64,000 nucleotides of DNA from Candidatus Nomurabacteria bacterium (GCA_020632075.1 JACKGH010000001.1:665778-729777); one strand, 5' to 3'. Shown: positions 18,095-27,954, counted from the first letter of the stretch. Numbers and translations: made by a program. The notes: generated from the letters alone by a model not told the origin.

Positions 18095-19180
18095 CTACTC
18101 AACCGTCACCTTGATATCCTTTGGTTCTCCCGTTGTATCGATCCGTACCACCTCTCGGCCGAGCACCTGGCCGCGCTTGGTCTCCACGCTACAGCGCCAC
18201 AGACCAGAGAAAAAACTGGTGTTACGAGTGTAGCCTCTATAGCCACCTTCATTAGTACCTGCGATCGTATACCCATATCGAAAATGTTCCTGCCAATCAC
18301 CATTAACATCTTTATATTCCCAACGGTGATAGATATCAGTCTCAAGTTTTGTCGGCGCATACACACGCGCATAACACGCGATCGAACTACCAGTCGGATG
18401 CAGGATCGGTCTCGTCAGCGGCAACCTGCGATACCACGGCTGTTCTTCAGTCTCGATCCGATAGATCTTATTTCCAGTTGGCGCAGTGTAGGTCTCGACT
18501 GATTGCACCATCTCAAGTTGGGTGAGTGAAAGCGGGATCGGTGGGATCAAACTTGTGAAATACAGCGCATTGAATCCGATGTAGATCGAGGCCACAGTGA
18601 AGATCACCCGCTGCGTATTGACCGCCATGAAGTTTGGCACGATCCGAAATAGCACTTGCACCACAAAGGTCACGATCATGAGTGCAATGAGTCCACTCAG
18701 AATGAAAATGCCGTCACCCATCTTCCCAGTAATGACGGGCACAACCAATACGATGTATGAAAAGACTCCGATGAAGTAAAGCGCAATATGATACACGAGT
18801 CGATCAGACCGTTTACTCACGAATTCGTTACCAAAGATCACCGCGAGGATGATGAGCAAAAACGGCGCACTCGCCACCCAATCTCCACTCCGGCCGTAGA
18901 AAATGAGCATTCCAGAGAGCAACCCACCAAATGCGTACTGCATCCCGACTGGCGCAAAACGTTTGAAGAAGCGCGTGAGGAACCCTGGACCACGCTCTGC
19001 CACCCCCACATACAGCAGTAGCAAAGCAGTGGTGGACAATAACGCGTAAAACAACAGGATGAGATTATCAACAAGATTGTCGATCTGATTGAGCAAGATC
19101 GTATCGGTAATAAACCCGAGCACGAACGCCACCGTAAGCCAGTGTCGGTGCAGTAATTTAAATGTAGAACCAACGGTCAT
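18095..19180 (-). CDS. Polytopic membrane protein with C-terminal extracytoplasmic domain (hypothetical)
   Basis: About 7 predicted TM helices, then a 150-aa soluble domain; start placed at MTVGSTF. Confidence 0.6.
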   Translation of the reverse strand: MTVGSTFKLLHRHWLTVAFVLGFITDTILLNQIDNLVDNLILLFYALLSTTALLLLYVGVAERGPGFLTRFFKRFAPVGMQYAFGGLLSGMLIFYGRSGDWVASAPFLLIILAVIFGNEFVSKRSDRLVYHIALYFIGVFSYIVLVVPVITGKMGDGIFILSGLIALMIVTFVVQVLFRIVPNFMAVNTQRVIFTVASIYIGFNALYFTSLIPPIPLSLTQLEMVQSVETYTAPTGNKIYRIETEEQPWYRRLPLTRPILHPTGSSIACYARVYAPTKLETDIYHRWEYKDVNGDWQEHFRYGYTIAGTNEGGYRGYTRNTSFFSGLWRCSVETKRGQVLGREVVRIDTTGEPKDIKVTVE

Positions 19181-19247
19181 AGCAGCATCATACCAAACAA
19201 AAAGCACTCGGACAGAGTCCGAGCGCTGCGTTTGTGTAACGAATACT

Positions 19248-20105
19248 TCATGCGACCAACGACGGTCGCCATTCGTACTCTGGCTCTTGTACAATTTCTT
19301 GGAACCGTGCGAAGAAATCGCAGTACGCATTCTTCGCATCAGGCACCAGATAATCCAAGATATCGACGTGGCCGAAATGTACGTGCGCCAAACGGTCTTG
19401 GCCAGACTGAGTGGTAGAGAGATGCCACAGCGGCTGCTTCTCACCGCGACTGACCCACAGGATCTTCACGCCAAAGAACACAAGCGCAAAGCCAGGTGGC
19501 GGTGAAACCGCCTGGTGCACGGTATCACCTGGACCTTTACACGCCAGAAGCTGTCCCCCTTCATCACCAAAATGGATAGTGAGCAGACTGCGATCGACAT
19601 GCACTTTTGCCCCTGTTTGCTCTACCCCGCTTGGGTAGTACAGACTCCGCAGGGTCGCGGTGCTGTACGGCATCGTCTGTTGCAGACAAGCCCGATATGA
19701 CGCAGCTGCGCCAAGACCATACAGTTCATCGAGCGCGTCCATGATCTGTGCACCAAGACCAGCAGCATAGGAACGCAAGCTGTCATGCAATACCAGGAAC
19801 CTGTAGTCGTCTGGCTGAGGTTTGATCTTGTCCAACTTGATAGCAGCATTCAAGGCTGGGTTACTATGGAAAAACCACTTCCGGTCGTGGTTGCCTCCAT
19901 TACGGACCACGAGTCCGACATCGGCCTCGCTCTCACCCGATAGCTGCACGTGCCACTGATCGACATCATCCAGCCTCACTCGACGAGCGACGAAATCTGG
20001 AAACGAGGCCTTGACCTGCTCGACCCGAGCCTGTTCGATCGGGAACATCGCCCAACCGTTTTCCCAAAGTTCTGTTGCAATGTCACTGAAGTTTTGTTGT
20101 GTCAC
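19248..20105 (-). CDS. 2OG-Fe(II) oxygenase-family protein
   Basis: HVDRS..LTIH (HxD) and distal WHLS...RLAHVHF match the isopenicillin-N-synthase-like 2OG oxygenase pattern. Confidence 0.6.
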   Translation of the reverse strand: MTQQNFSDIATELWENGWAMFPIEQARVEQVKASFPDFVARRVRLDDVDQWHVQLSGESEADVGLVVRNGGNHDRKWFFHSNPALNAAIKLDKIKPQPDDYRFLVLHDSLRSYAAGLGAQIMDALDELYGLGAAASYRACLQQTMPYSTATLRSLYYPSGVEQTGAKVHVDRSLLTIHFGDEGGQLLACKGPGDTVHQAVSPPPGFALVFFGVKILWVSRGEKQPLWHLSTTQSGQDRLAHVHFGHVDILDYLVPDAKNAYCDFFARFQEIVQEPEYEWRPSLVA

Positions 20106-20304
20106 GCTCTTATCTCCACGTCAAGAAATCAATCTGAGTAGAACCATACTACATTCCCCTCGGACTGCAAGGGTAATTAAATTGCCCCGTCACCGCGGTA
20201 GCGGCAACGGGGCTTGGGGATCGAGGTGTTGTGGACCTCGTTCATACTGGACGACTTGTGGTTCCAGTGGCAGCTAGTATAAACGGTCTTGGAAAATTAG
20301 CAAG

Positions 20305-21570
20305 CTAGAATGCCGCCGGTACTGGAAATGCTTCACAGAGCTTTTGCACCTCGGCTTTGATCTGCTCTTTTTCTGCCGTATCGTCCTTTGCCTTAAGCGT
20401 GCGGATCATGAGCTCTGCCAATTGCCTCGCCTCCCCTTCTTGCATACCACGAGTGGTCATTGCTGGGGTACCAAAACGAATACCTGATGGATCGAGCGCA
20501 GAGCGTGTTTCGTCCGCGATCATATTTTTATTCAGTGTAATACCTACTTCATCGAGTACTGATTCTGCTTCCTGTCCAGTGATACTAAGCGATCCATAGA
20601 CATCTGCCAACAAGAGATGATTATCTGTTCCGCCGGCAAGCAGTCTGATATCGTGTGCTTTGAATACTTCCTCCATCGCCTTGGCATTCTTTAAGACCTG
20701 CACCGCGTACTCCTTGAAGCTTGGCTTGAGTGCTTCGCCAAACGCCACCGCCTTGGCAGCAATGATGTGCATGTGTGGCCCCCCTTGAATTCCTGGGAAA
20801 ACCGTCTTATTGATACGCTTTGCAAGCTCAGCACTCTCACGCACCATGATCATACCGCCACGTGGACCACGGAGCGTCTTGTGGGTCGTGGTAGTCATTA
20901 CATCAAAACCGTAGTCAAACGGATTCTTCAGTACCCCAGCTGCAATAAGACCCGCAATGTGGGCCACATCAGCTACGGTATAGGCACCGACTTCCTTCGC
21001 GATTTCCACAAACTTTGCATAGTCGAGTTCACGACTGTACGCTGAGAAGCCAGCGAGGATGATCTTTGGCTTATGCTCAAGTGCCATCGCTCGCAAGTGG
21101 TCATAGTCGATCTCTCCCGTATCAACATCTTTCATTTTGTAACGGACAAAGTTGAAGACTTTATTGATGCTCGTGGTCGGGTGACCGTGGGTGAGGTGCC
21201 CACCGTGTGAGAGGTCCATGCCAAGTACCGTATCACCCGGCTCCATCAAGGCGAAATACATCGCGACATTCGCAGCTGCACCGCCAAGCGGCTGCACGTT
21301 TACATATTCACAATTAAAAAGCTGCTTGGCGCGCTCGATCGCCAAGGTTTCTACCACATCAGTGTACTGCTGGCCGCCATAGTAGCGTTTGCCGGGATAA
21401 CCTTCGGCGTACTTATTGGTAAGCACTGAACCCTCTGCCTCACGTACCGCAAGACTGACGTAGTTCTCACTCGGGATCAATTCGATCCCCGTTCGCTCCC
21501 GCTCTTCTTCTCCGATGAGTGCTTCGTAGACTTCTGTATCCTGCGCTTTTATGTGTTGATATTCGTTCAT
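20305..21570 (-). CDS. glyA: Serine hydroxymethyltransferase
   Basis: GYPGKRYYGG, HGGHLTHG, TTTTHKTLRGPRGG PLP-lysine motif. Confidence 0.95.
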   Translation of the reverse strand: MNEYQHIKAQDTEVYEALIGEEERERTGIELIPSENYVSLAVREAEGSVLTNKYAEGYPGKRYYGGQQYTDVVETLAIERAKQLFNCEYVNVQPLGGAAANVAMYFALMEPGDTVLGMDLSHGGHLTHGHPTTSINKVFNFVRYKMKDVDTGEIDYDHLRAMALEHKPKIILAGFSAYSRELDYAKFVEIAKEVGAYTVADVAHIAGLIAAGVLKNPFDYGFDVMTTTTHKTLRGPRGGMIMVRESAELAKRINKTVFPGIQGGPHMHIIAAKAVAFGEALKPSFKEYAVQVLKNAKAMEEVFKAHDIRLLAGGTDNHLLLADVYGSLSITGQEAESVLDEVGITLNKNMIADETRSALDPSGIRFGTPAMTTRGMQEGEARQLAELMIRTLKAKDDTAEKEQIKAEVQKLCEAFPVPAAF

Positions 21571-21666
21571 AACTATTTAAAAATTAGCTGAGTAACTGCT
21601 CTACAGAAAGTGAACGAATAGGATTAGATCATGGTCGAGTTTGTTAGTGTGAGCAGTATAGCATAG

Positions 21667-21704
21667 AAAAATGGGCGGGCCCCGAAGGGGCCCGCCCATT
21701 TTTC
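21667..21704. terminator. Bidirectional terminator
   Basis: aaaaatgggcgggcccc-gaa-ggggcccgcccattttt. Confidence 0.7.
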
Positions 21705-21713
21705 TACCCCTCC

Positions 21714-22100
21714 TTATGCATGACTCAGGTCTTCAGCTTCAATGATGTTGGCTCGTTCTACTTTCTGTATCAGCAATCGTGCGACCACATCACCAGGCGC
21801 AAACACCTTAGTCTCGGGACTATGATTGGTCACCTCAAGCACGATCTCATCTCGATAACTCGAATCTACCAACGCAGCCGTGACCGTGACCGTGTGACCG
21901 ATCGCCATACTCTTTGGATCCTTGATCCAACCAATGTACCCCACCGGAATTGCCACCGCTACCCCAGTCGAGACCGCTACCTTTGCTCCCGGTTCTACCG
22001 GCACTTCAAACTGTGAAAACAGATCAATTCCTGGACTAGCACTGCGCGCATACGCTGGCAACTTTGCTTGTTCAGTGAGACGCTTGATGAGAATTTCCAT
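21714..22100 (-). CDS. dut: dUTP diphosphatase
   Basis: SPGIDL and DSSYRDEI motifs of trimeric dUTPase; 128 aa. Confidence 0.85.
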   Translation of the reverse strand: MEILIKRLTEQAKLPAYARSASPGIDLFSQFEVPVEPGAKVAVSTGVAVAIPVGYIGWIKDPKSMAIGHTVTVTAALVDSSYRDEIVLEVTNHSPETKVFAPGDVVARLLIQKVERANIIEAEDLSHA

Positions 22101-22110
22101 AGGCTAATGA

Positions 22111-22773
22111 TTAATCGAGTAACGGTCGAACCAGTCCGTACAATTCGGTATTGATATTATCTTTGCTCCGCAATTTATCATCCATCATACAATTGACGAT
22201 GCGCCACTTCTCTAAGTCAGCAATATTTTCTGCACAGTTCTGGATGGCTGCCTGATACACCGCATCGGTCTCCGTGTGCCCAAGCTGTGGCTTCCGTTCG
22301 TCGGTCGTGAGCAGCGCGTGGCGCATTTCTGCTGGCATGTTGAGATATGCGACCATATCGGGACGCGGGATCTTGAACACATCGTACTCAAGTCGCTGCA
22401 GCCACAGCAGAAATGCGCCACGCTTATCAACATCAGATATTTTCGCCCCTTGATGCAGCATGTTAGCGGTCACGTAGCGATCAAGAATGACATGCTTCCC
22501 TTCTTCTAACCAAGACATCAATAGCTCACGTGCTTCAAAACGATCGCCAGCAAAGAGGATCGCGGACAAACGCGGATCGAGATCGACAAAATTACCGTGT
22601 GTCTCGTCGAGCCACTCACGAATGTACCCACCGAAGAAGGAGTCATCATAGCGAGGAAACTCCAACGTCTCGATCTGCATCCCCTCGTTCCGGAGTCGCT
22701 CCACGAGCATTTTGGTCTGCGTTGCCTTTCCAGCACCGTCAGCCCCTTCGATCACGATCAATTTACCTGACAT
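22111..22773 (-). CDS. tmk: Thymidylate kinase
   Basis: P-loop IVIEGADGAGKAT, DRY motif and LID region. Confidence 0.9.
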   Translation of the reverse strand: MSGKLIVIEGADGAGKATQTKMLVERLRNEGMQIETLEFPRYDDSFFGGYIREWLDETHGNFVDLDPRLSAILFAGDRFEARELLMSWLEEGKHVILDRYVTANMLHQGAKISDVDKRGAFLLWLQRLEYDVFKIPRPDMVAYLNMPAEMRHALLTTDERKPQLGHTETDAVYQAAIQNCAENIADLEKWRIVNCMMDDKLRSKDNINTELYGLVRPLLD

Positions 22774-22815
22774 AAAACTATTGAACTTTTGCTCAATAGT
22801 ACCACACTGCCAGAA

Positions 22816-23817
22816 CTACTCTGCTGCCTCTTCAGTCTTTTCGTGAATTTTTTTATTGAAACCACCGACAACTGCCATCTCTGCCTTGATCGGCGGATGT
22901 GATTCGTAGTTATTGAGCGTTACATGCTCTGGAGCAAACGTATCCAGCGACGTAACTGAATCATCAATCGTGACCGTTGGGAATGGCAGTGGCTCACGAG
23001 AGATCTGTTCCTTTGCTTGCTCAATGTGATTTTCATAGATATGCACATCACCAAAGGTATGCACAAACTCCCCGGCTTCGTAGCCCGTGATCTTCGCCAA
23101 GATCTCGGTGAGTAGCGCGTAGCTTGCGATATTGAACGGTACCCCAAGGAAGATATCTGCTGAACGCTGGTACAGCTGCAAGCAGAGTTTCCCGTGATTG
23201 ATATTCACTTGGTACATGTTGTGACAGATCGGAAAACGACACGCCTCACCAGGCTTCGCCATACCATACAAGTATTCAGGGTTCCAACTATTCACAATCG
23301 CGTTGTGGCAACTCGGATCAGCTTTGATCTCGTCTACCACCCACTGTAGCTGATCAACCCCACCACCATCCTTGCGTGGCCAGTTACGCCACATCTCACC
23401 GTAGATACGCGGCAAGTTTCCGTGTTGCTCCGCAAAGTCGTCATCGGTTTCGATCTTCTCGATGAACTCTTCTTTGGTAAGTTCAGGCCAACCCTTCTTT
23501 TCGCGCTTGTCATTATAGATACGAAGCGGATAATCGTCCCAAATATGCACTTTGTTATCTACCAAGTACTTAATGTTGGTCTGTCCAGACAGGAACCAAT
23601 ACAACTCATGCAGTACTCCACGCCAGTACACCTTCTTGGTAGTGAGGAGCGGTAGTCCTTGACTGAGATCATACCGCATCTGCTTGCCAAACAGGCTGTA
23701 GGTTACATCACCAGTATCTGCATCTTCCTGTCGACTACCAGTGTCGATGAGTTCCTGCATCAGATCTAAGTATTGGTACTCTGGGTGTTTTTTCTCCATA
23801 GTGCTATTTTTTATCAT
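22816..23817 (-). CDS. thyA: Thymidylate synthase (ThyA) with N-terminal extension
   Basis: RFPICHNMYQV...LYQRSADIFLGVPFNIASYALL, catalytic Cys present. Confidence 0.9.
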   Translation of the reverse strand: MIKNSTMEKKHPEYQYLDLMQELIDTGSRQEDADTGDVTYSLFGKQMRYDLSQGLPLLTTKKVYWRGVLHELYWFLSGQTNIKYLVDNKVHIWDDYPLRIYNDKREKKGWPELTKEEFIEKIETDDDFAEQHGNLPRIYGEMWRNWPRKDGGGVDQLQWVVDEIKADPSCHNAIVNSWNPEYLYGMAKPGEACRFPICHNMYQVNINHGKLCLQLYQRSADIFLGVPFNIASYALLTEILAKITGYEAGEFVHTFGDVHIYENHIEQAKEQISREPLPFPTVTIDDSVTSLDTFAPEHVTLNNYESHPPIKAEMAVVGGFNKKIHEKTEEAAE

Positions 23818-24361
23818 CCATTAAATCTCGGCCACTAAAGTTGCTCCCCCAATTATCCTTGCCTCGTGCTTCGTTGGCGTAGTTTCCATTTGGCTTGCTA
23901 GAAAGTTTTGAAAACGTCAGCTGCGCGATCTCCATTCCCGGACGCAAAATGATCGGTACGTTGTTGAGGTTGCAGAGTTCAAAGGTGATGTGAAGGAAAT
24001 GTCCGGGATTGATGAGACCAGCCGTGTTGTGGATCATAAGTCCTACGCGCGCGAGCGAAGACTTCCCTCCCACCTGTACGAGGTAATGATTGGAACCAAA
24101 GTATTCTTTAGAGATACCAAGCACTGACACACCAGGATGCAGTACAAACTCACCACCATCTTCCACTTCGATCTCACGTGTCTTGGCGTAGATCTTTCGT
24201 GCTGGGTCGACCATGTGCGTGGCATGTTCATCGTTCACCACAAACTTATTCCCGAGCAAAATGTCATAACTCGCTGGCTGCAAGCGTGCCTTATCAAACG
24301 GCTCGAGTGTGATCTCTTCTGCTTCAACGGCTTTTACGATATCGACGTCAGAAAGAAACAT
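23804..24361 (-). CDS. dcd: dCTP deaminase
   Basis: dUTPase-like fold with the dcd-specific C-terminal segment; 185 aa. Confidence 0.85.
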   Translation of the reverse strand: MFLSDVDIVKAVEAEEITLEPFDKARLQPASYDILLGNKFVVNDEHATHMVDPARKIYAKTREIEVEDGGEFVLHPGVSVLGISKEYFGSNHYLVQVGGKSSLARVGLMIHNTAGLINPGHFLHITFELCNLNNVPIILRPGMEIAQLTFSKLSSKPNGNYANEARGKDNWGSNFSGRDLMDDKK

Positions 24362-24395
24362 ATAAAAGTGATTTAGTAATAATTTTCAGTTGCTT

Positions 24396-24503
24396 TGCAG
24401 CTCGCTACAGCCAGATTTAGGACTGGGACAAAAGTCCTAAATCTGGCTAAGCGCCTGCATAAATTCGCAATAGTCGCCTTACGGCTCGTTTGCTCATTCA
24501 ACA
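24396..24503 (+). repeat. Copy B of the efp-leader element, including a 7-codon pseudo-start (MKVLSVP*) mimicking the efp N-terminus
   Basis: ccagatttaggac/gtcctaaatctgg stem with compensatory changes versus copy A; conserved core ggctaagcgcctgcataaattcgcaatagtc. Confidence 0.5.
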
Positions 24504-25168
24504 ATGAAGGTCTTATCAGTGCCGTAGTAGTCGGGCCAGTTTTGGTTGTAGAAGTCGAACATGCGGGCGAGGCGGTTTTGACTTAGCTCTTCAACTTCGA
24601 GCTCTGCCATCAAACTATCAAGTTCACTTCGTACCGCATCCGCCTCGCCCGCGTCCGGCACGATCTTTTCAAACTCTGCCAGGTACCCGTAGCCAGCATT
24701 ACGGTCGATGCACACATTCGCTCCTTTGTATGCGTACTCTTCTCGTTCGCGCGACCACTTGGCTTGGTAGACATAGCCAGCCTCTTGCACCAAAGCATCG
24801 AGCTCATCGAGGGTGATCGAAACTGGTTCTTCAAACTCCATGCGCTGTATGCTGTTTGAGCTTGTCCCACCATCGATCGAAGCCTTCACCACAAGCAACA
24901 CCTCATTATCACGCTGACGGGTACGTACCGAACAGTCACTACCTCTCTCTGCGATCGTCTCAAACTTCTCAAGCTGTTCACCAGTGAATAGATGCTGTAC
25001 TTTTTCAAACAACTGCTTGATATCACCGCCCTCAAAATAATGATTGAGCTGCTTGTTGGTCGATACACATGCACAAGCCGGGTCAAGCTCCTGCATCTTT
25101 TGCTTCAGTGCGTCGGCGCGCTCTTTTTCGCCAAGAAGTGACTTAACCTCGATTTCAAAGTGTGACAT
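24494..25168 (-). CDS. CYTH-domain triphosphate tunnel metalloenzyme
   Basis: N-terminal MSHFEIEVK matches the EIE(V/R)K signature of CYTH/class IV adenylyl cyclase/ThTPase. Confidence 0.7.
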   Translation of the reverse strand: MSHFEIEVKSLLGEKERADALKQKMQELDPACACVSTNKQLNHYFEGGDIKQLFEKVQHLFTGEQLEKFETIAERGSDCSVRTRQRDNEVLLVVKASIDGGTSSNSIQRMEFEEPVSITLDELDALVQEAGYVYQAKWSREREEYAYKGANVCIDRNAGYGYLAEFEKIVPDAGEADAVRSELDSLMAELEVEELSQNRLARMFDFYNQNWPDYYGTDKTFIVE

Positions 25169-25259
25169 AGGGCAAAGATAGAAATTAGCGGGTTCATTAT
25201 ACCAGGCGAAAAAGAGCGCGCTAAAAGACAAGCGTCCGCAGCTGTGTCATAATCACCCT

Positions 25260-25772
25260 ATGCAAACCGCACCCATCGTGATCGTCTCCGGCATGAGCAA
25301 AAAAGATCGTGCTATTGGCTATCAAAATCAGCTCCTCTGGCATGTGCCCGCTGACCTCAAACGCTTCAAGACACTTACCATGGGCCACCCCATCATCATG
25401 GGTCGCAAGACCTTTGAGTCTATTCTTGAAATTCTCGGGAAACCACTACCTGGAAGAACAAACATTGTGATCACTCGTGACACTGACTATCATTACGAAG
25501 GAGCCAAAGTAGCCCACTCGCTCGAGGAAGCAATTGAGGTCGCTCAGTCCGAGAACCCAACCGAGATCCATATCGGTGGCGGCGCCCAGCTATATGAACA
25601 AGCCCTGCCACTAACATCGCGACTGCATATCACTTGGTACTTAGACGAAAAAGAAGGCGATGCCTTCTTCCCTGCTTTTGAGGACGAATTTGAGATCGAT
25701 ACCGAACACCCGGCACAAGAGTTTGAAGGAGTTGCGTACCAGTGGGTAGACTACGTCAGAAAGTCTTCGTAG
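25260..25772 (+). CDS. folA: Dihydrofolate reductase
   Basis: IVIVSGMS...LLWHVPADLKRFKTLTMGHPIIMGRKTFESI...TRD. Confidence 0.9.
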   Translation: MQTAPIVIVSGMSKKDRAIGYQNQLLWHVPADLKRFKTLTMGHPIIMGRKTFESILEILGKPLPGRTNIVITRDTDYHYEGAKVAHSLEEAIEVAQSENPTEIHIGGGAQLYEQALPLTSRLHITWYLDEKEGDAFFPAFEDEFEIDTEHPAQEFEGVAYQWVDYVRKSS

Positions 25773-26461
25773 AGCACGCGAAAGGTGTCTTCCGCAAATG
25801 GGCAAAATAACTGGTCGCGCTGATTCCCTTCTGCGAATCTAAGATCCGGCACTGCTCGCACAATTGCCACTGGCGTGCACTCATCGACTTCTCCCATCAC
25901 CACGACTGCTGCAGCCGCAATACCATCGACGATATTCGAACGCTCCACTCGTATCTTACGTCCGAAGAGGTCTTCACGACCAATATGATCATGGAGCGGA
26001 CTGACCCCCCAGAAGCCGATCGCAGCACCAACGGCGCCAAAGCGGCATGGTTCAGAACGTGAGTCGGTAATGATCACACCAATGTTCTTAAGATTGAAAC
26101 GTTTCTTGAGATACGTATATACCGCCTCTGCGCTCACAAAGGGATCCTGAGGTAGCAGCGTATAGTAGCCATCACTATTGCTCTGATCCACTCCTGCACT
26201 TGAGACAAAGACATTATTGGTGATCGTGAGCGGCGCGTGCCAGTACGGACGAGGGATCATCACCTGCGCTTCGGCGGCAATGTGTGCCTCCTTATCAAAC
26301 ACTTCCTTTGCCACACAACGCCCTTCATTGATCGCAACCACTTTTGAAGAGACACAGACAACATCCCCTTCTTGGACATCAGTCAGGCTCTCATCAAGCA
26401 CCGAAAACAGATCGTCCTTGGGTGGCTGGAGCACTCGCGTCTTGATACCAATAATTTGCAT
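25751..26461 (-). CDS. CofE-like gamma-glutamyl ligase family protein (candidate non-canonical folylpolyglutamate synthase)
   Basis: Collinear with the F420-0:gamma-glutamyl ligase family; adjacent to and convergent with folA. Confidence 0.55.
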   Translation of the reverse strand: MQIIGIKTRVLQPPKDDLFSVLDESLTDVQEGDVVCVSSKVVAINEGRCVAKEVFDKEAHIAAEAQVMIPRPYWHAPLTITNNVFVSSAGVDQSNSDGYYTLLPQDPFVSAEAVYTYLKKRFNLKNIGVIITDSRSEPCRFGAVGAAIGFWGVSPLHDHIGREDLFGRKIRVERSNIVDGIAAAAVVVMGEVDECTPVAIVRAVPDLRFAEGNQRDQLFCPFAEDTFRVLYEDFLT

Positions 26462-26488
26462 CCGGCAAGTATAGCGGGTTTTGGGAAA

Positions 26489-26522
26489 AGCAAAAGGCCG
26501 GCGCGAAGCGCCGGCCTTTTGC
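26489..26522. terminator. Bidirectional terminator
   Basis: caaaaggccggcgc-gaa-gcgccggccttttg. Confidence 0.7.
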
Positions 26523-26538
26523 TTTTGAGAAGAGATGA

Positions 26539-26964
26539 TTAATCAACCACCTTTACTCCCATTGAGTAACAAGTACCCTCTACCGTCTTCATTGCAGCTT
26601 CGATAGAAGCAGCGTTGAGGTCTGGCATCTTTTCCTCTGCCACCTCACGCACTTGCGCTTTGGTGATCGTACCAGCCTGAGAGACAGTGTTCTTTCCAGA
26701 ACCGCTCTGCTTGCCGATCTTCTTAAGGATAAGGCGTGACATTGGTGATACCTTTACCACGAAATCAAAACTTCGATCGTCATAGACATTGATCACACAA
26801 GGGACCACTTCGCCCATACGCTCACGAGTTTGCTCATTGAACTGGTTTACGAATTCACCGATGTTGATACCCGCCTGACCAAGTACCGGACCAAGTGGTG
26901 GAGCTGGCGTAGCCTTTCCACCAATCGCCTGCACTTTTACCTGCTTGATTAGCTGTTTTGCCAT
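26539..26964 (-). CDS. rplK: 50S ribosomal protein L11
   Basis: MAKQLIKQVKVQAIGGKATPAPPLGPVLGQAGIN. Confidence 0.95.
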   Translation of the reverse strand: MAKQLIKQVKVQAIGGKATPAPPLGPVLGQAGINIGEFVNQFNEQTRERMGEVVPCVINVYDDRSFDFVVKVSPMSRLILKKIGKQSGSGKNTVSQAGTITKAQVREVAEEKMPDLNAASIEAAMKTVEGTCYSMGVKVVD

Positions 26965-27039
26965 TTTGTTTTTACGTTAAAACTTTTGGTAACGAGCATG
27001 TTCCATAACCACACTCATTTAGAAGCCCGCGTAGAATAC

Positions 27040-27078
27040 AAGAGAAAAGCCCGTTTTGCAAGCAAAACGGGCTTTTCT
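27040..27078. terminator. Terminator/attenuator between nusG and rplK
   Basis: gaaaagcccgttttgc-aagc-aaaacgggcttttctc. Confidence 0.6.
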
Positions 27079-27090
27079 CTGAAGTGTTAG

Positions 27091-27636
27091 TTACACTCGC
27101 TTAACCTGCAAAAAGTCTAATTCAACTGGCGTCTCGCGACCAAACATGCTCACGAGCACCTTCACCTTTCCACTTGCTTCATCAACCTCACCGACCTTCC
27201 CTTCCAGATCTTTAAATGGACCATCAGCGATCAGTACGAGGTCACCAATTGAAAGATCTACCTTATGTTTCACCGTATCACTTTCCATCTGGCGCATGAG
27301 TGAGTTGTACTCAGCTTCTGAGAGTGGCACTGGCTGGGTACCACTACCAACGAATCCGGTTACGCGAGGAGTGTTTCGAACCACGAACCACGATTCATCG
27401 TCTACGATCATGTCTACGAGTACGTATCCAGGGTAGATGCGCTCTTCTTCGGTCACTCGCTTCCCTCCCTTCACACGGATCTTCTTTTCGGTTGGCACCA
27501 CCACGGCGAAGATCTTGTCGTTCATGTTGAGCGAATCAATACGCTGCTTGAGGTTACGCGCTACCGCATTCTCGTACCCAGAGTATGTGTGAATGGCGTA
27601 CCAGTGACGCTCACCAGTGTTCTGTTGTTTAGCCAT
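27091..27636 (-). CDS. nusG: Transcription termination/antitermination factor NusG
   Basis: NGN domain (HWYAIHTYSGYE) and C-terminal KOW. Confidence 0.9.
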   Translation of the reverse strand: MAKQQNTGERHWYAIHTYSGYENAVARNLKQRIDSLNMNDKIFAVVVPTEKKIRVKGGKRVTEEERIYPGYVLVDMIVDDESWFVVRNTPRVTGFVGSGTQPVPLSEAEYNSLMRQMESDTVKHKVDLSIGDLVLIADGPFKDLEGKVGEVDEASGKVKVLVSMFGRETPVELDFLQVKRV

Positions 27637-27643
27637 ATGAAAA

Positions 27644-27826
27644 CTAGTTAACAACCATCTTCACCAATTCTGAGAAGATGAAATCGAATGCGCCAGTAAA
27701 GAGTGACACTGCAACAGAGATGATGATCACCAAAATGGTGTACATCATTGCCTGGTGCTGAGTTGGCCACGATACCTGCTTGAGTTCAGCTGCGGTATTG
27801 CGAAAATATTGAATAAGTGAAGACAT
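27644..27826 (-). CDS. secE: Preprotein translocase subunit SecE
   Basis: 60 aa with a single TM helix, immediately upstream of nusG (conserved secE-nusG-rplK order). Confidence 0.8.
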   Translation of the reverse strand: MSSLIQYFRNTAAELKQVSWPTQHQAMMYTILVIIISVAVSLFTGAFDFIFSELVKMVVN

Positions 27827-27907
27827 GTAAAGATGATTAATTTTGCCAAATTTAAAACCCCTCCCGGGGCTCTATTACGCATTATCATACTCCGAATGGA
27901 GAAAAAG

Positions 27908-27939
27908 TAAAGGGCCGGCAGCGAAGCTGCCGGCCCTTT
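27908..27939. terminator. Bidirectional terminator
   Basis: aaagggccggcagc-gaa-gctgccggcccttt. Confidence 0.7.
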
Positions 27940-27954
27940 ACTTTTCACCCCAAT

